Shown: piece after piece, positions 30,147-40,555 of the stretch
Position numbering within the stretch: the first letter of the stretch is position 1
How the letters are laid out: each line of letters starts with the position of its first letter
Assembly: GCA_017631325.1 (NCBI GenBank)
Contig: JAGBTM010000045.1
Location: 6,037-70,036 of the forward strand
Direction: 5' to 3'
DNA length: 64,000 nucleotides
Source: Clostridia bacterium
GTDB taxonomy: Bacteria; Bacillota; Clostridia; Oscillospirales; CAG-272
The notes under the pieces: model-generated
Databases searched by the model: none
Seen by the model: the letters and a program-made list of their open reading frames with translations, nothing else
What the model was told of the DNA's origin: nothing
Program-made: the position numbers and the translations under genes

Positions 30147-30941
30147 GTGAGCCAGGAGCCACAGGTCACCTCAATCCGCGCCTCCGACGGAAGCACGGTT
30201 AAAATTGAATACCACAAGTCCCTCCCTTCTACGTCGGCTCTGGCGCGTGAATATGCGCTTGCGGGTTATCCTGACAGATACGTTGTGTTTACAGATGCTC
30301 AGTCATGCTCGCAAATAACCGGAACGCGGCTGTCCGAGGGCGAGTATGAAAACGGCATTTTCATGTCCTGTATTCTAAGGCCCTCGTTCTTTCCCTCTCA
30401 AGCGGGACTTCTAGGTCACATAAGTACAGTAGCACTCGTCAGCGCGCTCGACGAGCATACGACGAAAAATCTCGGCATCGGCTGGGTTAGTGACGTTTAC
30501 TGCGACGGTGTAAGGCTTGGCGGCTGCGCCGTTGAGGGAAAGCTCAATTCTCACTTTTCGTACGAGTATCTTATCGTAACGCTGGCAGTGGCTCTTAACA
30601 AGAGAGATTTTCCTCCTCGTCTTACCGATATGATTAAAAAGGTTTTTGAGAGCGAAAGCGCCCCTCTTTCAATGCTTATCGCCAAAAATATCCTTAACAA
30701 ATTTTTCACTGCATATTCAAGCATTAGAAATCCCGGAAAGTACATGGACGCCTACCGCAGAAGATTTATTCTGCGCGACAAGAAAATCAAATATTTGAGC
30801 GGTGACAAGAAGATAAGGTGCCGAATAGTAGACGTAGATAAGGAAAACGGACTTCTCATCGTTGAGGGTCGACGCGGTGAGAAAATTGAAATTCGCTCAC
30901 CCTCACTCGTCGTAATGCCCAAAAGAGTGAAAATAAAGTAA
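30147..30941 (+). CDS. BirA-like biotin/lipoate protein ligase family protein lacking the GRGRxGR loop
   Basis: 264 aa. IGWVSDVYCDGVRLGGCAVEG aligns with the KWPND.....KLAGIL block. The position of GRGRRGR reads TGTRLSEG. GTG start with AGGGGG RBS. Confidence 0.5.
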   Translation: MSQEPQVTSIRASDGSTVKIEYHKSLPSTSALAREYALAGYPDRYVVFTDAQSCSQITGTRLSEGEYENGIFMSCILRPSFFPSQAGLLGHISTVALVSALDEHTTKNLGIGWVSDVYCDGVRLGGCAVEGKLNSHFSYEYLIVTLAVALNKRDFPPRLTDMIKKVFESESAPLSMLIAKNILNKFFTAYSSIRNPGKYMDAYRRRFILRDKKIKYLSGDKKIRCRIVDVDKENGLLIVEGRRGEKIEIRSPSLVVMPKRVKIK

Positions 30942-30964
30942 TCAACCACTCACTGTATAACAAA

Positions 30965-31024
30965 AAGCAAGAGCACAAGGTGTGACAAACTCTGTCAGCG
31001 TCCTTGTGCTCTTGCTTTTATTTT
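30965..31024 (+). terminator. Rho-independent terminator
   Basis: 16 bp perfect stem aagcaagagcacaagg / ccttgtgctcttgctt, then TTTTATTTT. Confidence 0.8.
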
Positions 31025-31206
31025 AGCTACCGTTATCGGTGCTTATTTTATGCTCAGGTTACCTCTATCTGTCTTGTTTTTAGCCACCTTTATCGGCACT
31101 TCCCGTTTGGGCTTAGCCACCGTTATCAGCACTTATGCCAATGTTTTTGGTTTATCTCGGTTATGAGTGCTTTTACCCATATCTTAAGTACCGTTATTAT
31201 AATTAG
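31021..31206. repeat. four dispersed direct copies of a ~25 bp motif (TTAGCYACCGTTATCRGCACTTAT)
   Basis: Copies at 31021-46, 31077-102, 31111-36 and a degenerate one at 31182-206. Spacings are 56, 34 and 71 bp. Confidence 0.7.
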
Positions 31207-31955
31207 GTGTTAATGCTTTTCTTAGACCTGTGCCATATTTTATCCGACTCGGTCTTGATACGTGAGATATTAAGAGAGCGTCTGGATATTGCGCGTGCGA
31301 ACTTCTTATACGCCAGCTTATCTCTGCCGTGAATATCCGTGCCGAGTGCAACTACCTTACCCTCCGAAATCCACGAGCGGATATGCTTCTTAAGAAAAAT
31401 GCAGTTGAGCGACGAAACGTTAAGCTGCAGGCGTGCTCCGACCTCTAAAAGCTGATGTATATTCTCGGGGTCGTATCTGTCTGCGTGAGCTATTATGACG
31501 TCAATGCCTGCGCGGGTCATCTGCTCAACAGACTCGGTATACTTATAGCTGAAGGTGTTCATGGGAAGCTCCAAAAGAAGCGTTCTGGTTCCCTCTATAA
31601 AAAGGCTATCAAGCTCGGGCATTTCCTCAATACCGTCGCAAATAAGGACCTCTGCGCCAAGGGTGATGGCGGGCATATCGGGTGTGAGGTGTGAGCGAAG
31701 CTGCCCGTATGCAGAATTTCTCTTCGAGATAAACGTTGACACATGGTGCTTGTGAGGATAAAAATGAGGTGCTGCTATAATACGGCTTACGCCCTGTGCC
31801 GATGCCGAGTTAAGCTGGAAAAGCGCATCGTCAACCGAGATGCAGCCGTGGTCTGCTCCTGGTAAAATATGTGCGTGAAAATCTACAATGTCAAATTTAG
31901 TCGTCGTCTTCATAATTTTTGTCGCTATACCTGGAAGAATACCTGCCGTAGCCAT
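31203..31955 (-). CDS. PHP-family protein-tyrosine phosphatase (CpsB/YwqE type)
   Basis: DFHAHILPGADHG and APHFY motifs. An alternative start at 31913 (MKTTTKF) is possible. Overlaps the BY-kinase gene end. Confidence 0.8.
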   Translation of the reverse strand: MATAGILPGIATKIMKTTTKFDIVDFHAHILPGADHGCISVDDALFQLNSASAQGVSRIIAAPHFYPHKHHVSTFISKRNSAYGQLRSHLTPDMPAITLGAEVLICDGIEEMPELDSLFIEGTRTLLLELPMNTFSYKYTESVEQMTRAGIDVIIAHADRYDPENIHQLLEVGARLQLNVSSLNCIFLKKHIRSWISEGKVVALGTDIHGRDKLAYKKFARAISRRSLNISRIKTESDKIWHRSKKSINT

Positions 31956-32670
31956 ATCCGTATTTTCCGGAGCCGTTCTTCATCTTGACACCCGAAATAA
32001 CAAAGCCGAATACAACTGCGTTAATCTGCTGAAGCTGCTCTACGCACTGCTTGACACCCTTGACGTCGGAGCGGTCGGCAAGGACCGAAAGAACGTATCC
32101 GTTGACGTAGTTTGAGAACAGAAGAGCGTCCGCAACTACGTTTACGGGCAAAGTATCTATTATTACGTAATCGAACCTCTCCTCACAGATATCCATAAGC
32201 TGCTTCATTCTGGGTGAGGATAAGAGCTGAGTTGGGTTAATCGGGCGTGTACCCGAGGTCATTATCGTCAGGTTCTTGTCCTTGATTTCAATGAAGCTAG
32301 GTTCCTTATCAACGCCGGCAAGGTACTCACTTAAACCGTGACCCTTTGGATTTAATCCGAACATTCTGGCAATTCTCGGTGCTCTCATGTCTGCGTCGAT
32401 TAGAAGTATTCTTTTATCCTTGGAGTTGTGCGAAATGGTATAAGCGAGGTTGGCCGACACCGTGGATTTGCCCTCGGAGGGAACCGCGCTGGTAACTGCT
32501 ATCTTACGGCACTTATCGTTAAGTCCCATATAGACGATATTCGTATACAGAGTTTTATAGGCCTCGCGCATCGCAAATGGCGACTTGTCATCTATAAGTC
32601 CGACGTTTCGTCTTGGATGCTTCGCCTTGACCTTAGGCTTAAACAGTCCTAGCATCGAAAATAATTTCAT
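31897..32670 (-). CDS. BY-kinase (CpsD/CapB-type tyrosine autokinase)
   Basis: Walker A SAVPSEGKST, Walker A' LLIDADMR, Walker B VIIDT, and a C-terminal Tyr cluster GKYGYGYGRYSSRY. Confidence 0.85.
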   Translation of the reverse strand: MKLFSMLGLFKPKVKAKHPRRNVGLIDDKSPFAMREAYKTLYTNIVYMGLNDKCRKIAVTSAVPSEGKSTVSANLAYTISHNSKDKRILLIDADMRAPRIARMFGLNPKGHGLSEYLAGVDKEPSFIEIKDKNLTIMTSGTRPINPTQLLSSPRMKQLMDICEERFDYVIIDTLPVNVVADALLFSNYVNGYVLSVLADRSDVKGVKQCVEQLQQINAVVFGFVISGVKMKNGSGKYGYGYGRYSSRYSDKNYEDDD

Positions 32671-32696
32671 AATAATTCCTTCATAAAATTATATAA

Positions 32697-33461
32697 TTAT
32701 TCTTCTGTTTCAGGCTTAGGAATAACACCGAGAATGGGAATATCAAAGCTGTCCTCGAGCTTTTCCTTGGAATGTACCACGATATCAGCTCTGGAAATAA
32801 TGTAAATTGCGAGCATAGAAATTACAAGTCCTGCGGCAAAGCCGATTACCGAATTTCTAAGAACGTTTTTGCCATCGGGAGATGCGGGGAGTATGGGGGT
32901 ATCTATCTCTACGACCTTAACGGCGTAGCCCATTCCCTCGAATTTATCAAGAAGAATGTTTCCGCCTACCGTAGCGATATCCTTAGAAAGCTCAGGGTCG
33001 CTTGTGGTAACGTCGAAGTAATAGCAGGTTGTCTCCGCGTTAGCAAGAGTAACCGAGGTCATGCCGGTAAGCGCAGCCGTTGTAAGCTTGCCAACGTATT
33101 TGTCGCCGTATACCTCTTCGTTCTCGAGTTGGTTTATAACGTCCTGGCAGAAATTGTTTGTGTTGATTATCTCGCGTATGTTAGCAATCATACCCTGCAT
33201 AGCGAGAATTTCGCCCGAGTTAAGACCCGAGGTCTCCGACGTGGAGTTGGTATAAGGAACCTTAAGAACCATATACTTACCCGATGCGGTATACTTGTCG
33301 CTCTGCAAAAACTGAGAATAAACTCCGAGTGCGGCAGAAAGAAGCACCGACACGAGAGCTATTATCCAAATCTTTGGCAGAAAGATTTCAGCCAAGCTTT
33401 TGATAGTTATTTCTTCTCTTTTTACGTTGTTTTTGTTTTCGTTCATATTAGCCTCGTCCAA
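32697..33461 (-). CDS. Wzz/CpsC-type chain-length determinant / BY-kinase transmembrane activator
   Basis: 254 aa with N- and C-terminal TM helices flanking a periplasmic-type domain. It lies immediately upstream of the BY-kinase. Confidence 0.7.
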   Translation of the reverse strand: MDEANMNENKNNVKREEITIKSLAEIFLPKIWIIALVSVLLSAALGVYSQFLQSDKYTASGKYMVLKVPYTNSTSETSGLNSGEILAMQGMIANIREIINTNNFCQDVINQLENEEVYGDKYVGKLTTAALTGMTSVTLANAETTCYYFDVTTSDPELSKDIATVGGNILLDKFEGMGYAVKVVEIDTPILPASPDGKNVLRNSVIGFAAGLVISMLAIYIISRADIVVHSKEKLEDSFDIPILGVIPKPETEE

Positions 33462-33645
33462 CTGATATTTGTTAATAAAATGCGTGGGATATTTTCGAGA
33501 AAATACTCAGACAGCTTGCATATTTGCAAAAACGTCGAATATGTCGAATAAAAACTCTATTGCTTCTTAGTAAAGCAGTGGAGTGTCACAAAAAAAGTAA
33601 CACTCCGCTGTCTTGCTTGAAAATTTATGCCTGCCAACTTACTTA

Positions 33646-34863
33646 CTAAACTACGGTTGTGGCCGCGTTCTGCTTTTTGCCACTCTCCTTAAGCTGTGCG
33701 TTCCACTTGTACCAGCCTGCGTCCTCGCAGTACTTGGCAATGAAAACGTCGCCGGTGTATTCAAGGTTCATCTTGTATACGCTGTCCTCCGACACCTCGG
33801 CGTTGTTGGTTTTGTGAACGACAGTGTCATTAACTACATAGTAGTTGGTGTACTCGATACCGTACTGAAGAAGGTTTCTAAGCTCGCTCTCGGTATTGAT
33901 AGCACAGATTATCTCAAGAGCCGACTGAACGTAGGTCCTGTACTTAACATTCTCCTCCGCGGTGCCCTCGTAGTACGCCTGAGTATCATTAACTATGGGG
34001 TCCTTGAGGATTGCAAATCCTGCCTTTGCAGCCTCCTCTTCGGTGATTGCGGGAGCTCTCATTACGTTGCAGTAATATCCATCGGCAACATGCTCGGCAG
34101 CCTTGTAATAGGGCTCGCCCGTCTTAACCTGAACTGCATCAGCCCAGTTAACTCCCTCAAGATATCCCTTGCTCTGAGCTTCAGTGAACTTGCTGTAAAG
34201 CTCGGAGGTAGAGCTAATCTGCTCAATCGAGGTAATTTCGCTTATTGCCTCTGCACTGTAAAGAAGAGTTCCTGCAACGCTCTTGTCGATGATTATGTAG
34301 TCGTACGAGCCGATAACGTGGTTGTTGGGCACGAAGTAAAGCGCAGTCTCGGTGCCGTCAGCTACGGTTATCTCCTGTCTTGCAACGTCAAGCAGATTCT
34401 TGCCTATGGTTGCGTTAAGCTTTGCAAACTTAAAGGTGTTATCCTCATGGATAAGGTACTTGCTCTCGAGGTTGGCAACTCTGTTCTCGGAAACGAGCCA
34501 ATCAAGAGTGCTCTTGCCGTTAATGAGAACTATACCGTTATTCTTACCTGCTATACCTGCAGTATACTCGTCCTCGGTGAGATAGTGAATATTGAGCTTG
34601 GTGTCAAACTTCTTATTCTTTCTATCCTTGAGATACTGGTTGATTTTATCGTTAACCGTCTTCTTTGCATTGTCGGTGGTTGACTCGTCAGTGATTATGT
34701 ACATATCGAGAGTCACCTTCTCGAGCGGCTTGGTGTTGTCAAAGCCGATAACCTTAGAAAGCTCGTCTGCAAGCTCCCCAAGTATGTCCTCCTCGCAGGA
34801 CACGAGGGTCATTACCGACATAATTACGCACAGTAACAAACAAATAATTCTTTTGATTTTCAT
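33646..34863 (-). CDS. lipoprotein of unknown function
   Basis: Signal peptide with lipobox LVSC. 405 aa, soluble and acidic. Confidence 0.6.
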   Translation of the reverse strand: MKIKRIICLLLCVIMSVMTLVSCEEDILGELADELSKVIGFDNTKPLEKVTLDMYIITDESTTDNAKKTVNDKINQYLKDRKNKKFDTKLNIHYLTEDEYTAGIAGKNNGIVLINGKSTLDWLVSENRVANLESKYLIHEDNTFKFAKLNATIGKNLLDVARQEITVADGTETALYFVPNNHVIGSYDYIIIDKSVAGTLLYSAEAISEITSIEQISSTSELYSKFTEAQSKGYLEGVNWADAVQVKTGEPYYKAAEHVADGYYCNVMRAPAITEEEAAKAGFAILKDPIVNDTQAYYEGTAEENVKYRTYVQSALEIICAINTESELRNLLQYGIEYTNYYVVNDTVVHKTNNAEVSEDSVYKMNLEYTGDVFIAKYCEDAGWYKWNAQLKESGKKQNAATTVV

Positions 34864-35064
34864 TGCTCCTAGAGCACCTCCGGGATAATATTTACCTATT
34901 TAGTTTACTATATTAAATAAAAAAAGTCAAGATATTTTTTATTAAATATTGCCCACGAAAAATATATGGTGCAATTTTAACAAAATAATCTTGACTTTTT
35001 TGTGGATATTTACTACTGAAATGTGACTAAAGTGTCGATGCTTGTCCGCTTTTAGGGAGTATTA

Positions 35065-36120
35065 TCAATTGGACAAATAATCCTTAAGCGTTTTTGATCG
35101 TGAGGGGTGACGAAGCTTACGAAGAGCCTTTGCCTCTATCTGACGGATACGCTCTCTTGTGATTTCAAACTTCTTGCCTACCTCCTCAAGCGTTCTGGGT
35201 CTGCCGTCCTCAAGTCCGAATCTGAGCTTGATTACCTGCTCTTCTCTCGGAGTGAGAGTGTGGAGTATGTTACAAAGCTGCTCGCGAAGAAGCGAGTAGG
35301 AAGCGCTGTCCGAGGGCGCAGGGGAGTCGTTATCCTCCACAAAGTCACCAAGGTGGCTGTCCTCCTCCTCGCCGATAGGCGTTTCGAGAGAAACGGGGTC
35401 CTGAGCTATCTTCATTATCTCACGAACCTTGTCTGCCGTGATGCCGAGCGACTCTGCAATCTCATCGGTGGTAGGCTCTCTGCCAAGCTCCTGAAGAAGC
35501 TGGCGAGCAGTTCTTGAAACCTTGTGTATCGTTTCAACCATGTGGACGGGTATTCTTATAGTTCTCGCCTGGTCTGCGATAGCTCTGGTAATCGCCTGAC
35601 GTATCCACCAGGTAGCATAGGTCGAGAACTTGTAGCCCTTGCTGTAATCAAACTTCTCTACTGCCTTGATAAGACCGAGGTTGCCCTCTTGGATAAGATC
35701 TAGGAAGTACATACCCTTTCCTACGTGGCGCTTTGCGATGCTGACGACAAGACGGAGGTTGGCCTCGATAAGCTCGTCCTTGGCTGCCTTATTACCTATG
35801 GTAATCTGCTCTGCAAGATAGGTCTCGCGCTCGGGTGTAAGAAGCGGAATTTTACCTATTTCCTTTAAGTACATACGAACGGGGTCGTCAATTGCGAGAC
35901 CCTCTTGGAGAAACATTTTGTCAATGCTCTCTGTGGATTCGTAGGCTCTGGCGTCCTGCTCTATTTCCTTAAATTCGTCAGAGTCGATTTCGTCGGGGTT
36001 TGCGCTGTCAAGGTCGGACTGGGAAATATCGTAGTCGATATCCTCAAGCGCCTTCATAATGTCCGAGCCGCCTATGCCCTCGTGTCTGGAATCAATAAAA
36101 TCGTTAATGTCCTTGTTCAT
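35065..36120 (-). CDS. sigA: primary RNA polymerase sigma factor
   Basis: Regions 1.2 to 4.2, with [14 protein letters not shown] and LREQL...L..RE..V...RFGL. Sits downstream of dnaG as in the classic operon. Confidence 0.95.
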   Translation of the reverse strand: MNKDINDFIDSRHEGIGGSDIMKALEDIDYDISQSDLDSANPDEIDSDEFKEIEQDARAYESTESIDKMFLQEGLAIDDPVRMYLKEIGKIPLLTPERETYLAEQITIGNKAAKDELIEANLRLVVSIAKRHVGKGMYFLDLIQEGNLGLIKAVEKFDYSKGYKFSTYATWWIRQAITRAIADQARTIRIPVHMVETIHKVSRTARQLLQELGREPTTDEIAESLGITADKVREIMKIAQDPVSLETPIGEEEDSHLGDFVEDNDSPAPSDSASYSLLREQLCNILHTLTPREEQVIKLRFGLEDGRPRTLEEVGKKFEITRERIRQIEAKALRKLRHPSRSKTLKDYLSN

Positions 36121-36144
36121 TTTTTAACCTTCCTTTATTGGCTC

Positions 36145-37914
36145 TTAATCGCCGCGCTTACGCATAAGCAGCTGATTAAGCCCTTCGTACGTATTGGTTT
36201 TCTGAGATGCCTTCTTGTCTACTGATTTTTTAAGAGCGGCTATTGCCGAGGTGAGAACCTCTCTGCCGTTTTCGGTAAGCTGCATTCTGCTGATTTTCAT
36301 ACGGGTGATGCGTCCAAGCTCGTCCTCGCTAAAGACCTCGCCAATACCGAGATGCGCGTCGTCGCCCTCGCTGTAAGCCGTCTTAAGATATTCAAAAATT
36401 CTCTTTCCAAGAGATGTGAAAAAATCGTCCGGGGTGAGCGTATCTCCCTCAAAAACGTATTTTCTGTGTTCGGGATAAAGAAGCAGAAGTCCGAGCACTG
36501 CCTCCTCGTTCTTTGCCGCGGCAGGTGCTTTAATAAAATCAGGATTAACTCTGTCGGAATATCCGATAGCGTCCTGACGCATCTTGCCGGCTGCTTCCTT
36601 CTTGTACTGAGAGGTCGCCTTGGCAATAATTCTGTCGACGTCCGCCTTGACGCTTTTGGGGTCAACCTCAAATTTTTTGGCCGTGCTCCTAATGTAAATA
36701 TCTCGTTCTGCCGATGAATAAGTCTCGGAAATAAGCTTTTCCATCTCGTGCAGGGCTTTGATTTTATCATGAGGCAAATTCAAATCATGCCTTGAAAGTA
36801 TGTTCTCGGAGTTGTATTCGAACCTCGTTTTCGAGCTTTCAAGAAGGCTTCTAAACTTGTCCGCGCCGTAGGTTTTGATGTACTCGTCCGGGTCCTTTGC
36901 GCCGGGGACCTTGAGTATTGTTACGTCAAGGCCAACCTCGGACAGCATACCAATTGCTCGCATGGCCGCCTTTTGCCCTGCCTCGTCTGCGTCGTAGGAA
37001 ATGATAACCTTCTTAGTATATCGGCTCATCATTCTCGCCTGCTCCGAGGTTATCGCTGTGCCGAGGGTTGCTACGGCGTTGGTAAAGCCTGCCGAGTGCA
37101 TGGCTATAACGTCCATATATCCCTCGCACAGTATCATTGTTTCTGCGCAGGAAAGTCTGGCAAAATTAAGCGCAAAAAGGTTCCTTGACTTCTTAAAAAC
37201 AGGGGTATCAGACGAGTTCTTGTACTTTGGCTTTGAGTCGTCCATTACTCTGCCCCCGAATGCAATAACGTTGCCCGACACGTCTATTATCGGGAACATA
37301 ACGCGGTTGCGGAATGCGTCGTAATATCCACCCTTATCGCTTCTGCCAACGAGAAATCCCGCTACCAGCTCGTCGTAGGTATAGCCCTTTGAGGTCATAT
37401 ACTTTGAAAACTCGTCGAAGCTATCGGGAGCAAAGCCGAGACCGAAGTGCTTGATTACTGCCAGAGAAAGACCGCGTGACTTAGTGAAATACTCAAGAGC
37501 TGCGGCTGATTTCGGTGTGTTGTCAAAAAGACGGGCGTGGAAATACTTGGCTGCGTCAGCGTTCATTCGGAACATTTTTGCTCTGTCAAACTTAGGTGTG
37601 GGTGAATATGAAGAGCCGCGCTCGTCTCTGACTATCGTTATACCTGCTCGGTCTGCCAAAAACTCTACTGCGTCTGGATAATCGAGGTTTTCTCTCTTTC
37701 TGATAAAGTTTATAACGTCACCGCCTGCGCCGCAGCCGAAGCAATAAAAGCTGTTGTCCTGCGGATATACCGTAAACGAGGGCGTTTTTTCGCTATGAAA
37801 CGGGCAAAGTCCCTTTAAATTAGAGCCTGCGCGCTTTAATGACACGTAGCCACCTATGACGGTTTCTACGTCGTTACGCAAGAGGACCTGCTCTATCGTT
37901 TCCTTGCTTATCAT
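36145..37914 (-). CDS. dnaG: DNA primase
   Basis: Zinc-finger CPFHSEKTPSF..FYCFGCG and a Toprim EGYMD block. ATG at 37914 preferred over the GTG at 37935. Confidence 0.95.
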   Translation of the reverse strand: MISKETIEQVLLRNDVETVIGGYVSLKRAGSNLKGLCPFHSEKTPSFTVYPQDNSFYCFGCGAGGDVINFIRKRENLDYPDAVEFLADRAGITIVRDERGSSYSPTPKFDRAKMFRMNADAAKYFHARLFDNTPKSAAALEYFTKSRGLSLAVIKHFGLGFAPDSFDEFSKYMTSKGYTYDELVAGFLVGRSDKGGYYDAFRNRVMFPIIDVSGNVIAFGGRVMDDSKPKYKNSSDTPVFKKSRNLFALNFARLSCAETMILCEGYMDVIAMHSAGFTNAVATLGTAITSEQARMMSRYTKKVIISYDADEAGQKAAMRAIGMLSEVGLDVTILKVPGAKDPDEYIKTYGADKFRSLLESSKTRFEYNSENILSRHDLNLPHDKIKALHEMEKLISETYSSAERDIYIRSTAKKFEVDPKSVKADVDRIIAKATSQYKKEAAGKMRQDAIGYSDRVNPDFIKAPAAAKNEEAVLGLLLLYPEHRKYVFEGDTLTPDDFFTSLGKRIFEYLKTAYSEGDDAHLGIGEVFSEDELGRITRMKISRMQLTENGREVLTSAIAALKKSVDKKASQKTNTYEGLNQLLMRKRGD

Positions 37915-37995
37915 ATTCTCTCCCTTCTCTGCCACACTTAGCCGTGGCAGTTTTTATTTCACTTTAATATACGAGAATTTTTACAAAAACACTTT

Positions 37996-38613
37996 TTAAA
38001 AATCAAATTTTTCCGATAAAACCGTAATTTTTGCTCTATTTGAGGTAATGTCTGCGATATTTTTCTCTAAACCTTCAAAATTCGCCTTAGGAAGCCTGCC
38101 TAAGAGAGTTACGTTATCAGCAAAGACTGTGTCGTCGGTTCTGAAGCCCGAGCTCTCTGTAAGCTGGGTGATTTTACCGTAATCGGAATAGCTTAGAAGT
38201 ATTGAAAGTTCGGTATAAATATCGTATTTTATAACCATAGCCTCCTCAATTGCGCCCTGAGCTGCTGCCGTATAAGCTCGCACCAGTCCACCCGTACCGA
38301 GAAGCGTTCCACCGAAATATCTCGTAACTACCACCGCAGTATCGGTACAGCCCCTCTTACGTATAGCGTCGAGGGTAGGCATACCTGCGCTTCCCTGCGG
38401 CTCTCGGTCGTCGGTAAAGCGCATTATTGAATTTTCTCTGAGCACGTAGGCGTATACGTGATGGCGCGCATCGGGATATTTTTTCTTAACCGACTCGATA
38501 AAGGCAAGGGCTTCGGCCTCGGTCGTTACGGGCATAGCCTCGCCTATGAACACTGATTTTCTGTCCTCGTATTTAAACTGGCCATGCTGTTTTATAGTTA
38601 TATAGCTCTGCAT
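37996..38613 (-). CDS. YigZ/IMPACT-family protein
   Basis: 205 aa. KKS.F....PV, A.HH.YAY and DD.EP.G.AG.P motifs. Confidence 0.8.
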   Translation of the reverse strand: MQSYITIKQHGQFKYEDRKSVFIGEAMPVTTEAEALAFIESVKKKYPDARHHVYAYVLRENSIMRFTDDREPQGSAGMPTLDAIRKRGCTDTAVVVTRYFGGTLLGTGGLVRAYTAAAQGAIEEAMVIKYDIYTELSILLSYSDYGKITQLTESSGFRTDDTVFADNVTLLGRLPKANFEGLEKNIADITSNRAKITVLSEKFDF

Positions 38614-38616
38614 ATA

Positions 38617-39879
38617 TTATATCCCTTGAACGATATATTTACCGTAAAGACCCCGTCCTCGCTCGTCAAGAACGGCAAAGAGAGATACTCCCGCATCGGT
38701 ATACTCTATATCCTCGGCGCTATAAGTGTTACATATAGCGCTGAAGGCTGACTGCGCTGCGTACGGTATGAAAAGCTTGTATTTTTTTCTGAATTTTGAT
38801 ATTTGTGCCTCTATAAGCGCAACAAGACGCTCTATTCCCTCGCCTGTTCTGGCCGAGATGGCAACGGCACTGTCGCGCTCGTCAAGCTCAAGACGTTCGT
38901 CTAACATATCGCACTTGTTATATACGAACAAAGTGGGCTTTCCCGAAGCGCCAAGCTCCTCTATAACCTCCTCGGTAACCTTTAGATGCTCGGACAGCTC
39001 GCTGTCGGTTGCATCGGATACTATCATAAGAACGTCTGCAAATACGACCTCGTCAAGAGTTGATTTAAAGGCCTTGACAAGATGGTGAGGGAGCTTACGT
39101 ATAAATCCTACCGTGTCGGTAAGAAGCACGTGCTCGCCAGAGGGAAGCTCGAGCTTTCTCGTTGTAGGGTCGAGGGTTGCAAACAGCTTGTCCTCGGAAA
39201 GCACACCTGCGTCGGTCAGGGCGTTGAGAAGCGTGGACTTGCCTGCGTTGGTGTAGCCCACTATGGCAATTTTCGGCAGTCCGCTACGGTCTCTGCTCGC
39301 TCGCATTACCGAACGGTTATGCTCCATTTCTTCAAGACGTCTCTCAAGTGCTACTACCTTCTCCTTCAGGTGACGGCGGTCGCTCTCGAGCTTGGTTTCA
39401 CCGGGTCCGCGCGTACCTATTCCACCGCCAAGACGCGACATATCCTTGCCCTTACCCATAAGTCTCGGCGCAGAATATCTGAGCTGAGCCAATTCAACCT
39501 GGAGCTTGCCCTCACCCGATACGGCGTGCAAGGCGAATATATCGAGAATTAGCATGCTGCGGTCGATAACGGTAATATCACCGCCTATATCTCCCTCAAG
39601 ATTTCTTATCTGCGCGGGAGTTAATTCAAAATCGAATACCACAAGATTTGCAGAAAGCGAAGTGCAAAGCTCACTGACCTCCTTAACCTTGCCACTTCCT
39701 ATGCAGGTTCTGGGGTCAAAGCTTTCCTTTACTTGTATAACGCGGGCGCACACGCTGCCCCCTGCCGTATCCAAAAGGCGTGTAAGCTCGTCCAAGGAGC
39801 GCTCGCACTCCTCCAGCTCAGAGCCACGCTCTGCAATTCCGACTATAACGGCTGTATTTTGTGTTTTATCACTGGTCAT
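38617..39879 (-). CDS. hflX: GTPase HflX
   Basis: N-terminal HflX domain, G1 GYTNAGKST, G3 DTVGF, G4 NKCD. ATG at 39879 with GGGGGAGGTG RBS. Confidence 0.9.
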   Translation of the reverse strand: MTSDKTQNTAVIVGIAERGSELEECERSLDELTRLLDTAGGSVCARVIQVKESFDPRTCIGSGKVKEVSELCTSLSANLVVFDFELTPAQIRNLEGDIGGDITVIDRSMLILDIFALHAVSGEGKLQVELAQLRYSAPRLMGKGKDMSRLGGGIGTRGPGETKLESDRRHLKEKVVALERRLEEMEHNRSVMRASRDRSGLPKIAIVGYTNAGKSTLLNALTDAGVLSEDKLFATLDPTTRKLELPSGEHVLLTDTVGFIRKLPHHLVKAFKSTLDEVVFADVLMIVSDATDSELSEHLKVTEEVIEELGASGKPTLFVYNKCDMLDERLELDERDSAVAISARTGEGIERLVALIEAQISKFRKKYKLFIPYAAQSAFSAICNTYSAEDIEYTDAGVSLFAVLDERGRGLYGKYIVQGI

Positions 39880-39950
39880 AACGCACCTCCCCCTCTGCGG
39901 AAACGGCAAAATACAAGGATTTCTTAATTATCCCACACCTGCCGTAATGA

Positions 39951-39984
39951 AAGAAAAAGAGCGAGGGATATTATCCAACGCTCT
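39951..39984 (-). terminator. terminator after rpmE
   Basis: Stem agagcg / cgctct with a 15 nt loop, then TTTTCTT on the minus strand. Confidence 0.5.
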
Positions 39985-39998
39985 TTATGATACAAAGA

Positions 39999-40208
39999 TT
40001 ACTTGTTGTTTGCTGCTGCAAGACGCTTCTTGAACTTGTCAAGACGACCGCCTGCATCAACGAATTTCTGCTTACCTGTATAGAAGGGGTGGCACTTGGA
40101 GCAGATTTCTACGTTCATATCGCCCTTAACAGAGTGAGTCTGAACGGTAGCACCACATGCGCACTTGATGGTAGCTTCTTTGTATTCGGGATGTAATCCT
40201 GCCTTCAT
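39999..40208 (-). CDS. rpmE: 50S ribosomal protein L31
   Basis: 69 aa. MKAGLHPEY.., and the [10 protein letters not shown] zinc-ribbon form. Confidence 0.95.
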   Translation of the reverse strand: MKAGLHPEYKEATIKCACGATVQTHSVKGDMNVEICSKCHPFYTGKQKFVDAGGRLDKFKKRLAAANNK

Positions 40209-40555
40209 TTTAACACCTCTTAACGTTTAATCATTTTTATTACGCCCTATTATAACATATAAAAAATGCTTTTTCAATACTTTTTTAAAAAAAATCAAAG
40301 TTTTTTCACAAAAGTCAACTCTTCCCGCTCTTTTTACCGAAGGACGTCTTTGTAATGCGGCCTTTTTTACTACTTAATCGTAAATTATCCCTTTTTGCCC
40401 CTGCTGTCAGTTTGCTGCGAGAGCTTTCATTAATTAACCGTTAATTAATTCACGTGTATAATCCCATCTGTCACCCTGTCTTTTCGCGAGAGCCTTTTTT
40501 CCTAATCGCGCGAAATTAACTCCTCCTACCTCGCTTTTGGCTTTACTCCATTTTC

